Positions 38,501 through 52,800 of a stretch of DNA of 64,000 nucleotides are shown here, one piece after another. A program made the translations under genes and the position numbers. The stretch covers positions 307,892,001 to 307,956,000 of the forward strand of contig OZ024743.1 in assembly GCA_964016885.1 (NCBI GenBank), written 5' to 3'. The stretch's first letter is position 1. Every line of letters begins with the position of its first letter. Below the pieces are notes generated by a model. The model made no database searches. It saw nothing but the letters and a program-made list of their open reading frames with translations, and was not told the origin of the DNA. Origin of the DNA: Eledone cirrhosa (Eukaryota).

Positions 38501-41500
38501 GTATGGTGGTGTATGGTGGTGTATTGTGGTGTATGGTGGTGTATTGTGGTGTATGGTGGTGTATGATGGTGTATGCTGGTGTATGGTGGTGTATGGTGGT
38601 GTATGGTGGTGTATTGTGGTGTGTGGTGGTGTATTGTGGTGTATTGTGGTGTATGGTGGTGTATTGTGGTGTATGGTGGTGTATTGTGGTGTATGGTGGT
38701 GTATGGTGGTGTATGGTGTATTGTGGTGTATGGTGGTGAATTGTGGTGTGTGGTGGTGTATTGTGGTGTATGGTGGGGTATGGTGGTGTATGGTGGTGTA
38801 TTGTGTTGTATGGTGGTGTATGGTGGTGTATGGTGGTGTATGGTGGTGTATGGTGGTGTGTGGTGGTGTATTGTGGTGTATGGTGGTGTGTGGTGCTGTA
38901 TGCTGGTGTATGGTAGTGTATGGTGGTATATGGTGGTGTATGGTGGTGTATGGTGGTGTATGGTGGTGTATGGTGGTGTATGGTGGTGTATGGTGGTGTA
39001 TGGTGGGGTATGGTGGTGTATGGTGGGGTATGGTAGTGTATTGCGGTGTATTGTGGTGTATGGTGGGTTATGGTGGTGTATGGTGGTGTATTGTGGTGTA
39101 TTGTGGTGTATGGTGGTGTATTGTGGTGTATGGTGGTGTATGGTGGTGTATTGTGGTGTATGGTGGTATATTGTGGTGTGTGGTGGTGTATTGTGGTGTA
39201 TGGTGGTGTATGGTGGTGTATGGTGGTGTATTGTGGTGTATTGTGGTGTATGGTGGTGTATTGTAGTGTATTGTGGTGTATAGTGGTGTATGGTGGTGTA
39301 TTGTGGTGTATTGTGGTGTATGGTGTGGTATGGTGGTGTATGGTGGTGTATGGTGGTGTATTGTGGTGTATGGTGGTATATTGTGGTGTATTGTGGTGTA
39401 TTGTGATGTGTGGTGGTGTATTGTGGTGTATGGTGGTGTATGGTGGTGTATTGTGGTGTATTGTGGTGTATGGTGGTGTATGGTGGTGTATGGTGGTGTA
39501 TTGTGGTGTATTGTGGTGTATGGTGGTGTATTGTGGTGTATGGTGCTGTATTGTGGTGTATGGTGGTGTATAGTGGTGTATAGTGGTGTATGGTGGTGTA
39601 TGGTGGTGTATTGTGGTGTATTGTGGTGTATTGTGGTGTATGGTGGTGTATGGTGGTGTATTGTGGTGTATTGTGGTGTATTGTGGTGTATGGTGGTGTA
39701 TTGTGGTGTATGGTGGTTTATGGTGGTTTATGGTGGTGTGTGGTGTATTGTGGTGTATGGTGGTGTATTGTGGTGTGTGGTGGTGTATGGTGGTTTATGG
39801 TTGTTTATGGTGGTGTATGGTGTGGTATGGTGGTGTATTGTGGTGTATGCTGGTGTATTGTGGTGTATGGTCGTGTATGGTGGTGTATGGTGGTGTATGG
39901 TGGTGTATTGTGGTGTATGGTGGTGTATTGTGGTGTATGGTGCTGTATTGTGATGTATGGTGGTGTATTGTGGTGTATGGTGGTGTATTGTGGTGTATGG
40001 TGGTGTATTGTGGTGTATGGTGGTGTATTGTGGTGTATGGTGGTGTATTGTGGTGTATGGTGGTGTATTGTGGGGGTATTGTGGTGTATGGTGGGGTATT
40101 GTGGTGTATTGTGGTGTATGGTGGTGTATGGTGCTGTATTGTGGTGTATTGTGGTGCGTGGTAGTGTATGGTGGTGTATGGTGGTGTATGGTGGTGTATT
40201 GTGGTGTACGGTGGGGTATGGTGGTGTATGGTGGTGTATTGTGGTGTATGGTGGTGTATGGTGGTGTATTGTGGTGTATGGTGGTGTGTGGTGGTGTATG
40301 CTGGTGTATGCTGGTGTATGGTGGTATATGGTGGTGTATGGTGGTGTATGGTGGTGTATTGTGGTGTATGGTGGTGTATGGTGGTGTATGGTGGTGTATG
40401 GTGGTGTATGGTGAGGTATGGTGGTGTATGGTGGGGTATGGTAGTGTATTGTGGTGTATGGTGCTGTATTGTGGTGTATGGTGGTGTATTGTGGTGTATG
40501 GTGGTGTATTGTGGTGTATGGTGGTGTATTGTGGTGTATGGTGGTGTATTGTGGTGTATGGTGGTGTATTGTGGTGTATGGTGGTGTATTGTGGTGTATG
40601 GTGGTGTATGGTGGTGTATTGTGGTGTATGGTGGTGTATGGTGGTGTATGGTGGTGTATGGTGGTGTATGGTGGTGTATGGTGGTGTATGGTGGTGTATG
40701 GTGGTGTATGGTGGTGTATTGTGGTGTATGGTGGTGTATGGTGGTGTATTGTGGTGTATGGTGGTGTATGGTGGTGTATGGTGGTGTATTGTGGTGTATG
40801 GTGGTGTATTGTGGTGTATAGTGGTGTATGGTGGTGTATGGTGGTTTTATGGTGGTGTATTGTGGTGTATTGTGGTGTATGGTGTGGTATGGTGGTGTAT
40901 GGTGGTGTATTGTGGTGTATGGTCGTGTATGGTGGTGTATGGTGGTGTATGGTGGTGTATGGTGGTGTATGGTGGTGTATGGTGGTGTATTGTGGTGTAT
41001 GGTGGTGTATGGTGGTGTATGGTGGTGTATGGTGGTGTATGGTGAGGTATGGTGGTGTATGGTGGGGTATGGTAGTGTATTGTGGTGTATGGTGCTGTAT
41101 TGTGGTGTATGGTGGTGTATTGTGGTGTATGGTGGTGTATTGTGGTGTATGGTGGTGTATTGTGGTGTATGGTGGTGTATTGTGGTGTATGGTGGTGTAT
41201 TGTGGTGTATGGTGGTGTATTGTGGTGTATGGTGGTGTATTGTGGTGTATGGTGCTGTATTGTGGTGTATGGTGGTGTATAGTGGTGTATAGTGGTGTAT
41301 GGTGGTGTATGGTGGTGTATTGTGGTGTATTGTGGTGTATTGTGGTGTATGGTGGTGTATGGTGGTGTATGGTGGTGTATTGTGGTGTATGGTGGTGTAT
41401 GGTGGTGTATGGTGGTGTATTGTGGTGTATGGTGGTGTATTGTGGTGTATGGTGGTGTATGGTGGTGTATGGTGGTGTATTGTGGTGTATGGTGGTGTAT

Positions 41501-41535
41501 TGTGGTGTATAGTGGTGTATGGTGGTGTATGGTGG
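32511..41535 (+). repeat. HOR unit U3 (9025 bp, subtype Y with a 631-bp extra block)
   Basis: TTTCTTG at ~34692 and GAATTG at 38738. The GGTGAGG marker is present twice (~40410 and ~41041). Confidence 0.9.
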
Positions 41536-44500
41536 TTTTATGGTGGTGTATTGTGGTGTATTGTGGTGTATGGTGTGGTATGGTGGTGTATGGTGGTGTA
41601 TTGTGGTGTATGGTCGTGTATGGTGGTGTATGGTGGTGTATGGTGGTGTATTGTGGTGTATTGTGGTGTATGGTGGTGTATGGTGGTGTATTGTGGTGTA
41701 TGGTGGTACATTGTGGTGTATGGTTGTGTATTGTGGTGTATGGTGGTGTATGGTGGTGTATGGTGGTGTATTGTGGTGTATTGTGGTGTATGGTGGTGTA
41801 TTGTGGTGTATGGTGGTGTATGGTGGTGTATGGTGGTGTATTGTGGTGTATGGTGGTGTATTGTGGTGTATAGTGGTGTATGGTGGTGTATGGTGGTTTT
41901 ATGGTGGTGTATTGTGGTGTATTGTGGTGTATGGTGTGGTATGGTGGTGTATGGTGGTGTATTGTGGTGTATGGTGGTGTATGGTGGTGTATGGTGGTGT
42001 ATGGTGGTGTATTGTGGTGTATTGTGGTGTATGGTGGTGTATGGTGGTGTATCGTGGTGTATGGTGGTGTATGGTGGTGTATGGTGGTGTATTATGGTGT
42101 ATAGTGGTGTATAGTGGTGTATGGTGGTGTATGGTGGTGTATTGTGGTGTATTGTGGTGTATGGTGGTGTATGGTGGTGTATGGTGGTGTATTGTGGTGT
42201 ATGGTGGTGTATGGTGGTGTATGGTGGTGTATTGTGGTGTATTGTGTTGTATGGTGGTGTATTGTGGCGTATGGTGGTGTATTGTGGTGTATGGTGGTGT
42301 ATTGTGGTGTATGGTGCTGTATTGTGGTGTATGGTGCTGTATTGTGGTGTATGGTGGTGTATTGTGGTGTATGGTGGTGTATTGTGGTGTATGGTGGTGT
42401 ATTGTGGGGGTATTGTGGTGTATGGTGGGGTATTGTGGTGCATGGTGCTGTATTGTGGTGTATTGTGGTGCATGGTAGTGTATGGTGGTGTATGGTGGTG
42501 TATGGTGGTGTATTGTGGTGTATGGTGGTGTATTGTGGTGTATGGTGGTGTATGGTGGTATATTGTGGGGTATGGTGGTGTATGGTAGTGTACTGTGGTG
42601 TGTCGTGGTGTATGGTGGTGTATGGTGGTGTATGGTGGTGTATGGTGGTGTATTGTGGTGTATGGTGGTGTATGGTGGTGTATGGTGGTGTATTGTGGTG
42701 TATGGTGGTATATGGCGGTGTATGGTGGTGTATTGTGGTGTATGGTGGTGTATGGTGGTGTATGGTGGTGTATGGTGGTGTATTGTGGTGTATTGTGGTG
42801 TATGGTGGTGTATGGTGGTGTATGGTGGTGTATTGTGGTGTATTGTGTTGTATGGTGGTGTATTGTGGTGTATGGTGGTGTATTGTGGTGTATGGTGGTG
42901 TATTGTGGTGTATGGTGCTGTATTGTGGTGTATGGTGCTGTATTGTGGTGTATGGTGGTGTATTGTGGTGTATGGTGGTGTATTGTGGTGTATTGTGGTG
43001 TATGGTGGTGTATTGTGGTGTATGGTGGTGTATTGTGGTGTATGGTGGTGTATTGTGGGGGTATTGTGGTGTATGGTGGGGTATTGTGGTGTATGGTGCT
43101 GTATTGTGGTGTATTGTGGTGCGTGGTAGTGTATGGTGGGGTATGGTGGTGTATGGTAGTGTACTGTGGTGTGTGGTGGTGTATGGTGGTGTATAGTGGT
43201 GTGTGGTGTATGGTGGTGTATGGTGGTGTATGGTGGTGTATGGTGGTGTATGGTGGTGTATTGTGGTGTATGGTGGTGTATGGTGGTCTATTGTGGTGTA
43301 TGGTGGTGTATGGTGGTCTATTGTGGTGTATGGTGGTGGATTGTGGTGTATGGTGGTGTATTGTGGTGTATGGTGGTGTATGGTCGTGTATGCTGTATGG
43401 TGGTGTATGGTGGTGTATGTTGGTGTATGGTGGTGTATGGTGGTGTATGGTGGTGTATGGTGGTGTATTGTGGTGTATGGTGGTGTATGGTGGTGTATTG
43501 TGGTGTGTGGTGGTGTATGGTGGTGTATGGTGGTGTATTGTGGTGTATGGTGGTGTATTGTGGTGTGTGGTGGTGTATTGTGGTGTATAGTGGTGTATGG
43601 TGGTGTATGGTGGTTTTATGGTGGTGTATTGTGGTTTCTTGTGGTGTATGGTGTGGTATGGTGGTGTATGGTGGTGTATTGTGGTGTATGGTGGTGTATG
43701 GTGGTGTATGGTGGTGTATGGTGGTGTATTGTGGTGTATTGTGGTGTATGGTGGTGTATGGTGGTGTATTGTGGTGTATGGTGGTACATTGTGGTGTATG
43801 GTTATGTATTGTGGTGTATGGTGGTGTATGGTGGTGTATGGTGGTGTATTGTGGTGTATTGTGGTGTATGGTGGTGTATTGTGGTGTATGGTGGTGTATG
43901 GTGGTGTATGGTGGTGTATTGTGGTGTATGGTGGTGTATTGTGGTGTATAGTGGTGTATGGTGGTGTATGGTGGTTTTATGGTGGTGTATTGTGGTGTAT
44001 TGTGGTGTATGGTGTGGTATGGTGGTGTATCGTGGTGTATTGTGGTGTATGGTGGTGTATGGTGGTGTATGGTGGTGTATGGTGGTGTATTGTGGTGTAT
44101 TGTGGTGTATGGTGGTGTATGGTGGTGTATTGTGGTGTATGGTGGTGTATGGTGGTGTATGGTGGTGTATTATGGTGTATAGTGGTGTATAGTGGTGTAT
44201 GGTGGTGTATGGTGGTGTATTGTGGTGTATTGTGGTGTATGGTGGTGTATGGTGGTGTATGGTGGTGTATTGTGGTGTATGGTGGTGTATGGTGGTGTAT
44301 GGTGGTGTATTGTGGTGTATTGTGTTGTATGGTGGTGTATTGTGGCGTATGGTGGTGTATTGTGGTGTATGGTGGTGTATTGTGGTGTATGGTGCTGTAT
44401 TGTGGTGTATGGTGCTGTATTGTGGTGTATGGTGGTGTATTTTGGTGTATGGTGGTGTATTGTGGTGTATGGTGGTGTATTGTGGGGGTATTGTGGTGTA

Positions 44501-47500
44501 TGGTGGGGTATTGTGGTGCATGGTGCTGTATTGTGGTGTATTGTGGTGCATGGTAGTGTATGGTGGTGTATGGTGGTGTATGGTGGTGTATTGTGGTGTA
44601 TGGTGGTGTATTGTGGTGTATGGTGGTGTATGGTGGTATATTGTGGGGTATGGTGGTGTATGGTAGTGTACTGTGGTGTGTCGTGGTGTATGGTGGTGTA
44701 TGGTGGTGTATGGTGGTGTATGGTGGTGTATTGTGGTGTATGGTGGTGTATGGTGGTGTATGGTGGTGTATTGTGGTGTATGGTGGTATATGGCGGTGTA
44801 TGGTGGTGTATTGTGGTGTATGGTGGTGTATGGTGGTGTATGGTGGTGTATTATGGTGTATAGTGGTGTATAGTGGTGTATGGTGGTGTATGGTGGTGTA
44901 TTGTGGTGTATTGTGGTGTATTGTGGTGTATGGTGGTGTATTGTGGTGTATGGTGGTGTATTGTGGTGTATTGTGGTGTATGGTGGTGTATGGTGGTGTA
45001 TTGTGGTGTATGGTGGTGTATTGTGGTGTATGGTGGTGTATTGTGGGGGTATTGTGGTGTATGGTGGGGTATTGTGGTGTATGGTGCTGTATTGTGGTGT
45101 ATTGTGGTGCGTGGTAGTGTATGGTGGTGTATGGTGGTGTATGGTGGTGTATTATGGTGTATGGTGGTGTATTGTGGTGTATGGTGGTGTATGGTGGTAT
45201 ATTGTGGGGTATGGTGGTGTATGGTAGTGTACTGTGGTGTGTGGTGGTGTATGGTGGTTTTATGCTGGTGTATGGTGGTGTATAGTGGTGTGTGGTGTAT
45301 GGTGGTGTATGGTGGTGTACGGTGCTGTATGGTGGTGTATGGTGGTGTATTGTGGTGTATTGTGGTGTATGGTGGTGTATGGTGGTCTATTGTGGTGTAT
45401 GGTGGTGTATGGTGGTCTATTGTGGTGTATGGTGGTGGATTGTGGTGTATGGTGGTGTATTGTGGTGTATGGTGGTGTATGGTCGTGTATGCTGTATGGT
45501 GGTGTATGGTGGTGTATGTTGGTGTATGGTGGTGTATGGTGGTGTATGGTGGTGTATGGTGGTGTATTGTGGTGTATGGTGGTGTATGGTGGTGTATTGT
45601 GGTGTGTGGTGGTGTATGGTGGTGTATGGTGGTGTATTGTGGTGTATGGTGGTGTATTGTGGTGTGTGGTGGTGTATTGTGGTGTATGGTGGTGTATTGT
45701 GGTGTGTGGTGGTGTATGGTGGTGTATTGTGGTATATGGTGGTGTATGGTGGTGTATGATGGTGTATTGTGGTGTATGGTGGTGTATTGTAGTGTATGGT
45801 GGTGTATGGTGGTCTATTGTGGTGTATGGTGGTGTATGGTGGGGTATGGTGGTGTATGGTGGTGTATGGTGGTGTATTGTGGTGTATGGTGGTGTATGGT
45901 GGTGTATGGTGTATGGTGGTGTATGGTGGTGTATGGTGTATGGTGGTGTATGGTGGTATATGGTGGTGTATGATGGTGTATTGTGGTGTATGGTGGTGTA
46001 TGGTGGTGTATTGTGGTGTATGATGGTGTATTGTGGTGCATGGTAGTGTATGGTGGTGTATGGTGGTGTATGGTGGTGTATTGTGGTGTATGGTGGTGTA
46101 TTGTGGTGTATGGTGGTGTATGGTGGTCTATTGTGGTGTATGGTGGTGGATTGTGGTGTGTGGTGGTGTATGGTGGTGTATGGTGGTGTATTGTGGTGTA
46201 TGGTGGTGTATTGTGGTGTATGGTGGTGTATGGTCGTGTATGCTGTATGGTGGTGTATTGTGGTGTGTTGTGGTGTATTGTGGTATATGGTGGTGTATGG
46301 TGGTGTATGATGGTGTATGGTGGTGTATGGTGGTGTATTGTGGTGTATGGTGGTGTATGGTGGTGTATGGTGGTGTATGGTGGTGTATGGTGGTGTATGG
46401 TGGTGTATTGTGGTGTGTGGTGGTGTATGGTGGTGTATGGTGGTGTATTGTGGTGTATGGTGGTGTATTGTGGTGTGTGGTGGTGTATGGTGGTGTATTG
46501 TGGTATATGGTGGTGTATGGTGGTGTATGATGGTGTATTGTGGTGTATGGTGGTGTATTGTGGTGTATGGTGGTGTATGGTGGTCTATTGTGGTGTATGG
46601 TGGTGTATGGTGGGGTATGGTGGTGTATGGTGGTGTATGGTGGTGTATTGTGGTGTATGGTGGTGTATGGTGGTGTATGGTGTATGGTGGTGTATGGTGG
46701 TGTATGGTGGTGTATTGTGGTGTATGGTGGTGTATTGTGGTGTATGATGGTGTATTGTGGTGTATGGTGGTGTATGGTGGTGTATTGTGGTGTATGGTGG
46801 TGTATTGTGGTGTATGGTGGTGTATGGTGGTCTATTGTGGTGTATGGTGGTGTATGGTGGGGTATGGTGGTGTATGGTGGTGTATGGTGGTGTATTGTGG
46901 TGTATGGTGGTGTATGGTGGTCTATTGTTGTGTATGGTGGTGTATGGTGGTGTATTGTGGTGTATTGTGGTGTATGGTGGTGTATGGTGTATTGTGGTGT
47001 ATGGTGGTGTATTGTGGTGTGTGGTGGTGTATTGTGGTGTATGGTGGGGTATGGTGGTGTATGGTGGTGTATTGTGTTGTATGGTGGTGTATGGTGGTGT
47101 ATGGTGGTATATTGTGGTGTATTGTGGTGTATTGTGGTATATGGTGGTGTATTGTGGTGTATGGTGGTGTATGATGGTGTATTGTGGTGTATGGTGGTGT
47201 ATTGTGGTGTATGGTGGTGTATGGTGGTGTATGGTGGTGTATGGTGGTGTATTGTGGTGTATGGTGGTGTATGGTGGTGTATGGTGGTGTATGGTGGGGT
47301 ATGGTGGTGTATGGTGGTGTATGGTGGTGTATTGTGGTGTATGGTGGTGTATGGTGGTGTATAGTGTATGGTGGTGTATGGTGGTGTATGGTGGTGTATT
47401 GTGGTGTATGGTGGTGTATTGTGGTGTATGATGGTGTATTGTGGTGTATGGTGGTGTATGGTGGTGTATTGTGGTGTATGGTGGTGTATTGTGGTGTATG

Positions 47501-49812
47501 GTGGTGTATGATGGTGTATGCTGGTGTATGGTGGTGTATGGTGGTGTATGGTGGTGTATTGTGGTGTGTGGTGGTGTATTGTGGTGTATTGTGGTGTATG
47601 GTGGTGTATGATGGTGTATTGTGGTGTATGGTGGTGTATTGTGGTGTATGGTGGTGTATGGTGGTCTATTGTGGTGTATGGTGGTGTATGGTGGAGTATG
47701 GTGGTGTATGGTGGTGTATGGTGGTGTATTGTGGTGTATGGTGGTGTATGGTGGTGTATGGTGTATGGTGGTGTATGGTGGTGTATGGTGGTGTATTGTG
47801 GTGTATGGTGGTGTATTGTGGTGTATGATGGTGTATTGTGGTGTATGGTGGTGTATGGTGGTGTATTGTGGTGTATGGTGGTGTATTGTGGTGTATGGTG
47901 GTGTATGGTGGTCTATTGTGGTGTATGGTGGTGTATGGTGGGGTATGGTGGTGTATGGTGGTGTATGGTGGTGTATTGTGGTGTATGGTGGTGTATGGTG
48001 GTCTATTGTTGTGTATGGTGGTGTATGGTGGTGTATTGTGGTGTATTGTGGTGTATGGTGGTGTATGGTGGTGTATGGTGTATTGTGGTGTATGGTGGTG
48101 TATTGTGGTGTGTGGTGGTGTATTGTGGTGTATGGTGGGGTATGGTGGTGTATGGTGGTGTATTGTGTTGTATGGTGGTGTATGGTGGTGTATGGTGGTA
48201 TATTGTGGTGTATTGTGGTGTATTGTGGTATATGGTGGTGTATTGTGGTGTATGGTGGTGTATGATGGTGTATTGTGGTGTATGGTGGTGTATTGTGGTG
48301 TATGGCGGTGTATGGTGGTGTATGGTGGTGTATGGTGGTGTATTGTGGTGTATGGTGGTGTATGGTGGTGTATGGTGGTGTATGGTGGGGTATGGTGGTG
48401 TATGGTGGTGTATGGTGGTGTATTGTGGTGTATGGTGGTGTATGGTGGTGTATAGTGTATGGTGGTGTATGGTGGTGTATGGTGGTGTATTGTGGTGTAT
48501 GGTGGTGTATTGTGGTGTATGATGGTGTATTGTGGCGTATGGTGGTGTATGGTGGTGTATTGTGGTGTATGGTGGTGTATTGTGGTGTATGGTGGTGTAT
48601 GATGGTGTATGCTGGTGTATGGTGGTGTATGGTGGTGTATGGTGGTGTATTGTGGTGTGTGGTGGTGTATTGTGGTGTATTGTGGTGTATGGTGGTGTAT
48701 TGTGGTGTATGGTGGTGTATGGTGGTGTATGGTGTATTGTGGTGTATGGTGGTGTATTGTGGTGTGTGGTGGTGTATTGTGGTGTATGGTGGGGTATGGT
48801 GGTGTATGGTGGTGTATTGTGTTGTATGGTGGTGTATGGTGGTGTATGGTGGTGTATGGTGGTGTATGGTGGTGTGTGGTGGTGTATTGTGGTGTATGGT
48901 GGTGTGTGGTGCTGTATGCTGGTGTATGGTGGTGTATGGTGGTATATGGTGGTGTATGGTGGTGTATGGTGGTGTATTGTGGTGTATGGTGGTGTATGGT
49001 GGTGTATGGTGGTGTATGGTGGTGTATGGTGGGGTATGGTGGTGTATGGTGGGGTATGGTAGTGTATTGCGGTGTATTGTGGTGTATGGTGGGTTATGGT
49101 GGTGTATGGTGGTGTATTGTGGTGTATTGTGGTGTATGGTGGTGTATTGTGGTGTATGGTGGTGTATGGTGGTGTATGGTGGTGTATTGTGGTGTATTGT
49201 GGTGTATGGTGGTGTATTGTGGTGTATTGTGGTGTATAGTGGTGTATGGTAGTGTATGGTGGTGTATGGTGGTGTATGGTGGTGTATGGTGGTGTATGGT
49301 GGTGTATTGTGGTGTATGGTGGTATATTGTAGTGTATTGTGGTGTATTGTGATGTGTGGTGGTGTATTGTGGTGTATGGTGGTGTATGGTGGTGTATTGT
49401 GGTGTATTGTGGTGTATGGTGGTGTATGGTGGTGTATGGTGGTGTATTGTGGTGTATTGTGGTGTATTGTGGTGTATGGTGGTGTATTGTGGTGTATGGT
49501 GGTGTATTGTGGTGTATGGTGGTGTATTGTGGTGTATGGTGCTGTATTGTGGTGTATGGTGGTGTATAGTGGTGTATAGTGGTGTATGGTGGTGTATGGT
49601 GGTGTATTGTGGTGTATTGTGGTGTATTGTGGTGTATGGTGGTGTATGGTGGTGTATGGTGGTGTATTGTGGTGTATGGTGGTGTATGGTGGTGTATGGT
49701 GGTGTATTGTGGTGTATGGTGGTGTATTGTGGTGTATGGTGGTGTATGGTGGTGTATTGTGGTGTATGGTGGTGTATTGTGGTGTATAGTGGTGTATGGT
49801 GGTGTATGGTGG
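41536..49812 (+). repeat. HOR unit U4 (8277 bp, subtype X)
   Basis: TTTCTTG at ~43637; X-type ~1.08-kb duplication (46757/47838); 80-bp deletion near 43135. Confidence 0.9.
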
Positions 49813-52800
49813 TTTTATGGTGGTGTATTGTGGTGTATTGTGGTGTATGGTGTGGTATGGTGGTGTATGTTGGTGTATTGTGGTGTATGGTCGTGTATGG
49901 TGGTGTATGGTGGTGTATGTTGGTGTATTGTGGTGTATTGTGGTGTATGGTGGTGTATGGTGGTGTATTGTGGTGTATGGTGGTACATTGTGGTGTATGG
50001 TTGTGTATTGTGGTGTATGGTGGTGTATGGTGGTGTATGGTGGTGTATTGTGGTGTATTGTGGTGTATGGTGGTGTATTGTGGTGTATGGTGGTGTATGG
50101 TGGTGTATGGTGGTGTATTGTGGTGTATGGTGGTGTATTGTGGTGTATAGTGGTGTATGGTGGTGTATGGTGGTTTTATGGTGGTGTATTGTGGTGTATT
50201 GTGGTGTATGGTGTGGTATGGTGGTGTATGGTGGTGTATTCTGGTGTATGGTGGTGTATGGTGGTGTATGGTGGTGTATGGTGGTGTATTGTGGTGTATT
50301 GTGGTGTATGGTGGTGTATGGTGGTGTATCGTGGTGTATGGTGGTGTATGGTGGTGTATGGTGGTGTATTATGGTGTATAGTGGTGTATAGTGGTGTATG
50401 GTGGTGTATGGTGGTGTATTGTGGTGTATTGTGGTGTATGGTGGTGTATGGTGGTGTATGGTGGTGTATTGTGGTGTATGGTGGTGTATGGTGGTGTATG
50501 GTGGTGTATTGTGGTGTATTGTGTTGTATGGTGGTGTATTGTGGCGTATGGTGGTGTATTGTGGTGTATGGTGGTGTATTGTGGTGTATGGTGCTGTATT
50601 GTGGTGTATGGTGCTGTATTGTGGTGTATGGTGGTGTATTGTGGTGTATGGTGGTGTATTGTGGTGTATGGTGGTGTATTGTGGGGGTATTGTGGTGTAT
50701 GGTGGGGTATTGTGGTGCATGGTGCTGTATTGTGGTGTATTGTGGTGCATGGTAGTGTATGGTGGTGTATGGTGGTGTATGGTGGTGTATTGTGGTGTAT
50801 GGTGGTGTATTGTGGTGTATGGTGGTGTATGGTGGTATATTGTGGGGTATGGTGGTGTATGGTAGTGTACTGTGGTGTGTCGTGGTGTATGGTGGTGTAT
50901 GGTGGTGTATGGTGGTGTATGGTGGTGTATTGTGGTGTATGGTGGTGTATGGTGGTGTATGGTGGTGTATTGTGGTGTATGGTGGTATATGGCGGTGTAT
51001 GGTGGTGTATTGTGGTGTATGGTGGTGTATGGTGGTGTATGGTGGTGTATGGTGGTGTATTGTGGTGTATTGTGGTGTATGGTGGTGTATGGTGGTGTAT
51101 GGTGGTGTATTGTGGTGTATTGTGTTGTATGGTGGTGTATTGTGGTGTTTGGTGGTGTATTGTGGTGTATGGTGGTGTATTGTGGTGTATGGTGCTGTAT
51201 TGTGGTGTATGGTGCTGTATTGTGGTGTATGGTGGTGTATTGTGGTGTATGGTGGTGTATTGTGGTGTATTGTGGTGTATGGTGGTGTATGGTGGTGTAT
51301 TGTGGTGTATGGTGGTGTATTGTGGTGTATGGTGGTGTATTGTGGGGGTATTGTGGTGTATGGTGGGGTATTGTGGTGTATGGTGCTGTATTGTGGTGTA
51401 TTGTGGTGCGTGGTAGTGTATGGTGGTGTATGGTGGTGTATGGTGGTGTATTATGGTGTATGGTGGTGTATTGTGGTGTATGGTGGTGTATGGTGGTATA
51501 TTGTGGGGTATGGTGGTGTATGGTAGTGTACTGTGGTGTGTGGTGGTGTATGGTGGTGTATAGTGGTGTGTGGTGTATGGTGGTGTATGGTGGTGTATGG
51601 TGGTGTATGGTGGTGTATGGTGGTGTATTGTGGTGTATGGTGGTGTATGGTGGTCTATTGTGGTGTATGGTGGTGTATGGTGGTCTATTGTGGTGTATGG
51701 TGGTGGATTGTGGTGTATGGTGGTGTATTGTGGTGTATGGTGGTGTATGGTCGTGTATGCTGTATGGTGGTGTATGGTGGTGTATGTTGGTGTATGGTGG
51801 TGTATGGTGGTGTATGGTGGTGTATGGTGGTGTATTGTGGTGTATGGTGGTGTATGGTGGTGTATTGTGGTGTGTGGTGGTGTATGGTGGTGTATGGTGG
51901 TGTATTGTGGTGTATGGTGGTGTATTGTGGTGTGTGGTGGTGTATTGTGGTGTATAGTGGTGTATGGTGGTGTATGGTGGTTTTATGGTGGTGTATTGTG
52001 GTTTCTTGTGGTGTATGGTGTGGTATGGTGGTGTATGGTGGTGTATTGTGGTGTATGGTGGTGTATGGTGGTGTATGGTGGTGTATGGTGGTGTATTGTG
52101 GTGTATTGTGGTGTATGGTGGTGTATGGTGGTGTATTGTGGTGTATGGTGGTACATTGTGGTGTATGGTTGTGTATTGTGGTGTATGGTGGTGTATGGTG
52201 GTGTATGGTGGTGTATTGTGGTGTATTGTGGTGTATGGTGGTGTATTGTGGTGTATGGTGGTGTATGGTGGTGTATGGTGGTGTATTGTGGTGTATGGTG
52301 GTGTATTGTGGTGTATAGTGGTGTATGGTGGTGTATGGTGGTTTTATGGTGGTGTATTGTGGTGTATTGTGGTGTATGGTGTGGTATGGTGGTGTATCGT
52401 GGTGTATTGTGGTGTATGGTGGTGTATGGTGGTGTATGGTGGTGTATGGTGGTGTATTGTGGTGTATTGTGGTGTATGGTGGTGTATGGTGGTGTATTGT
52501 GGTGTATGGTGGTGTATGGTGGTGTATGGTGGTGTATTATGGTGTATAGTGGTGTATAGTGGGGTATGGTGGTGTATGGTGGTGTATTGTGGTGTATTGT
52601 GGTGTATGGTGGTGTATGGTGGTGTATGGTGGTGTATTGTGGTGTATGGTGGTGTATGGTGGTGTATGGTGGTGTATTGTGGTGTATTGTGTTGTATGGT
52701 GGTGTATTGTGGCGTATGGTGGTGTATTGTGGTGTATGGTGGTGTATTGTGGTGTATGGTGCTGTATTGTGGTGTATGGTGCTGTATTGTGGTGTATGGT

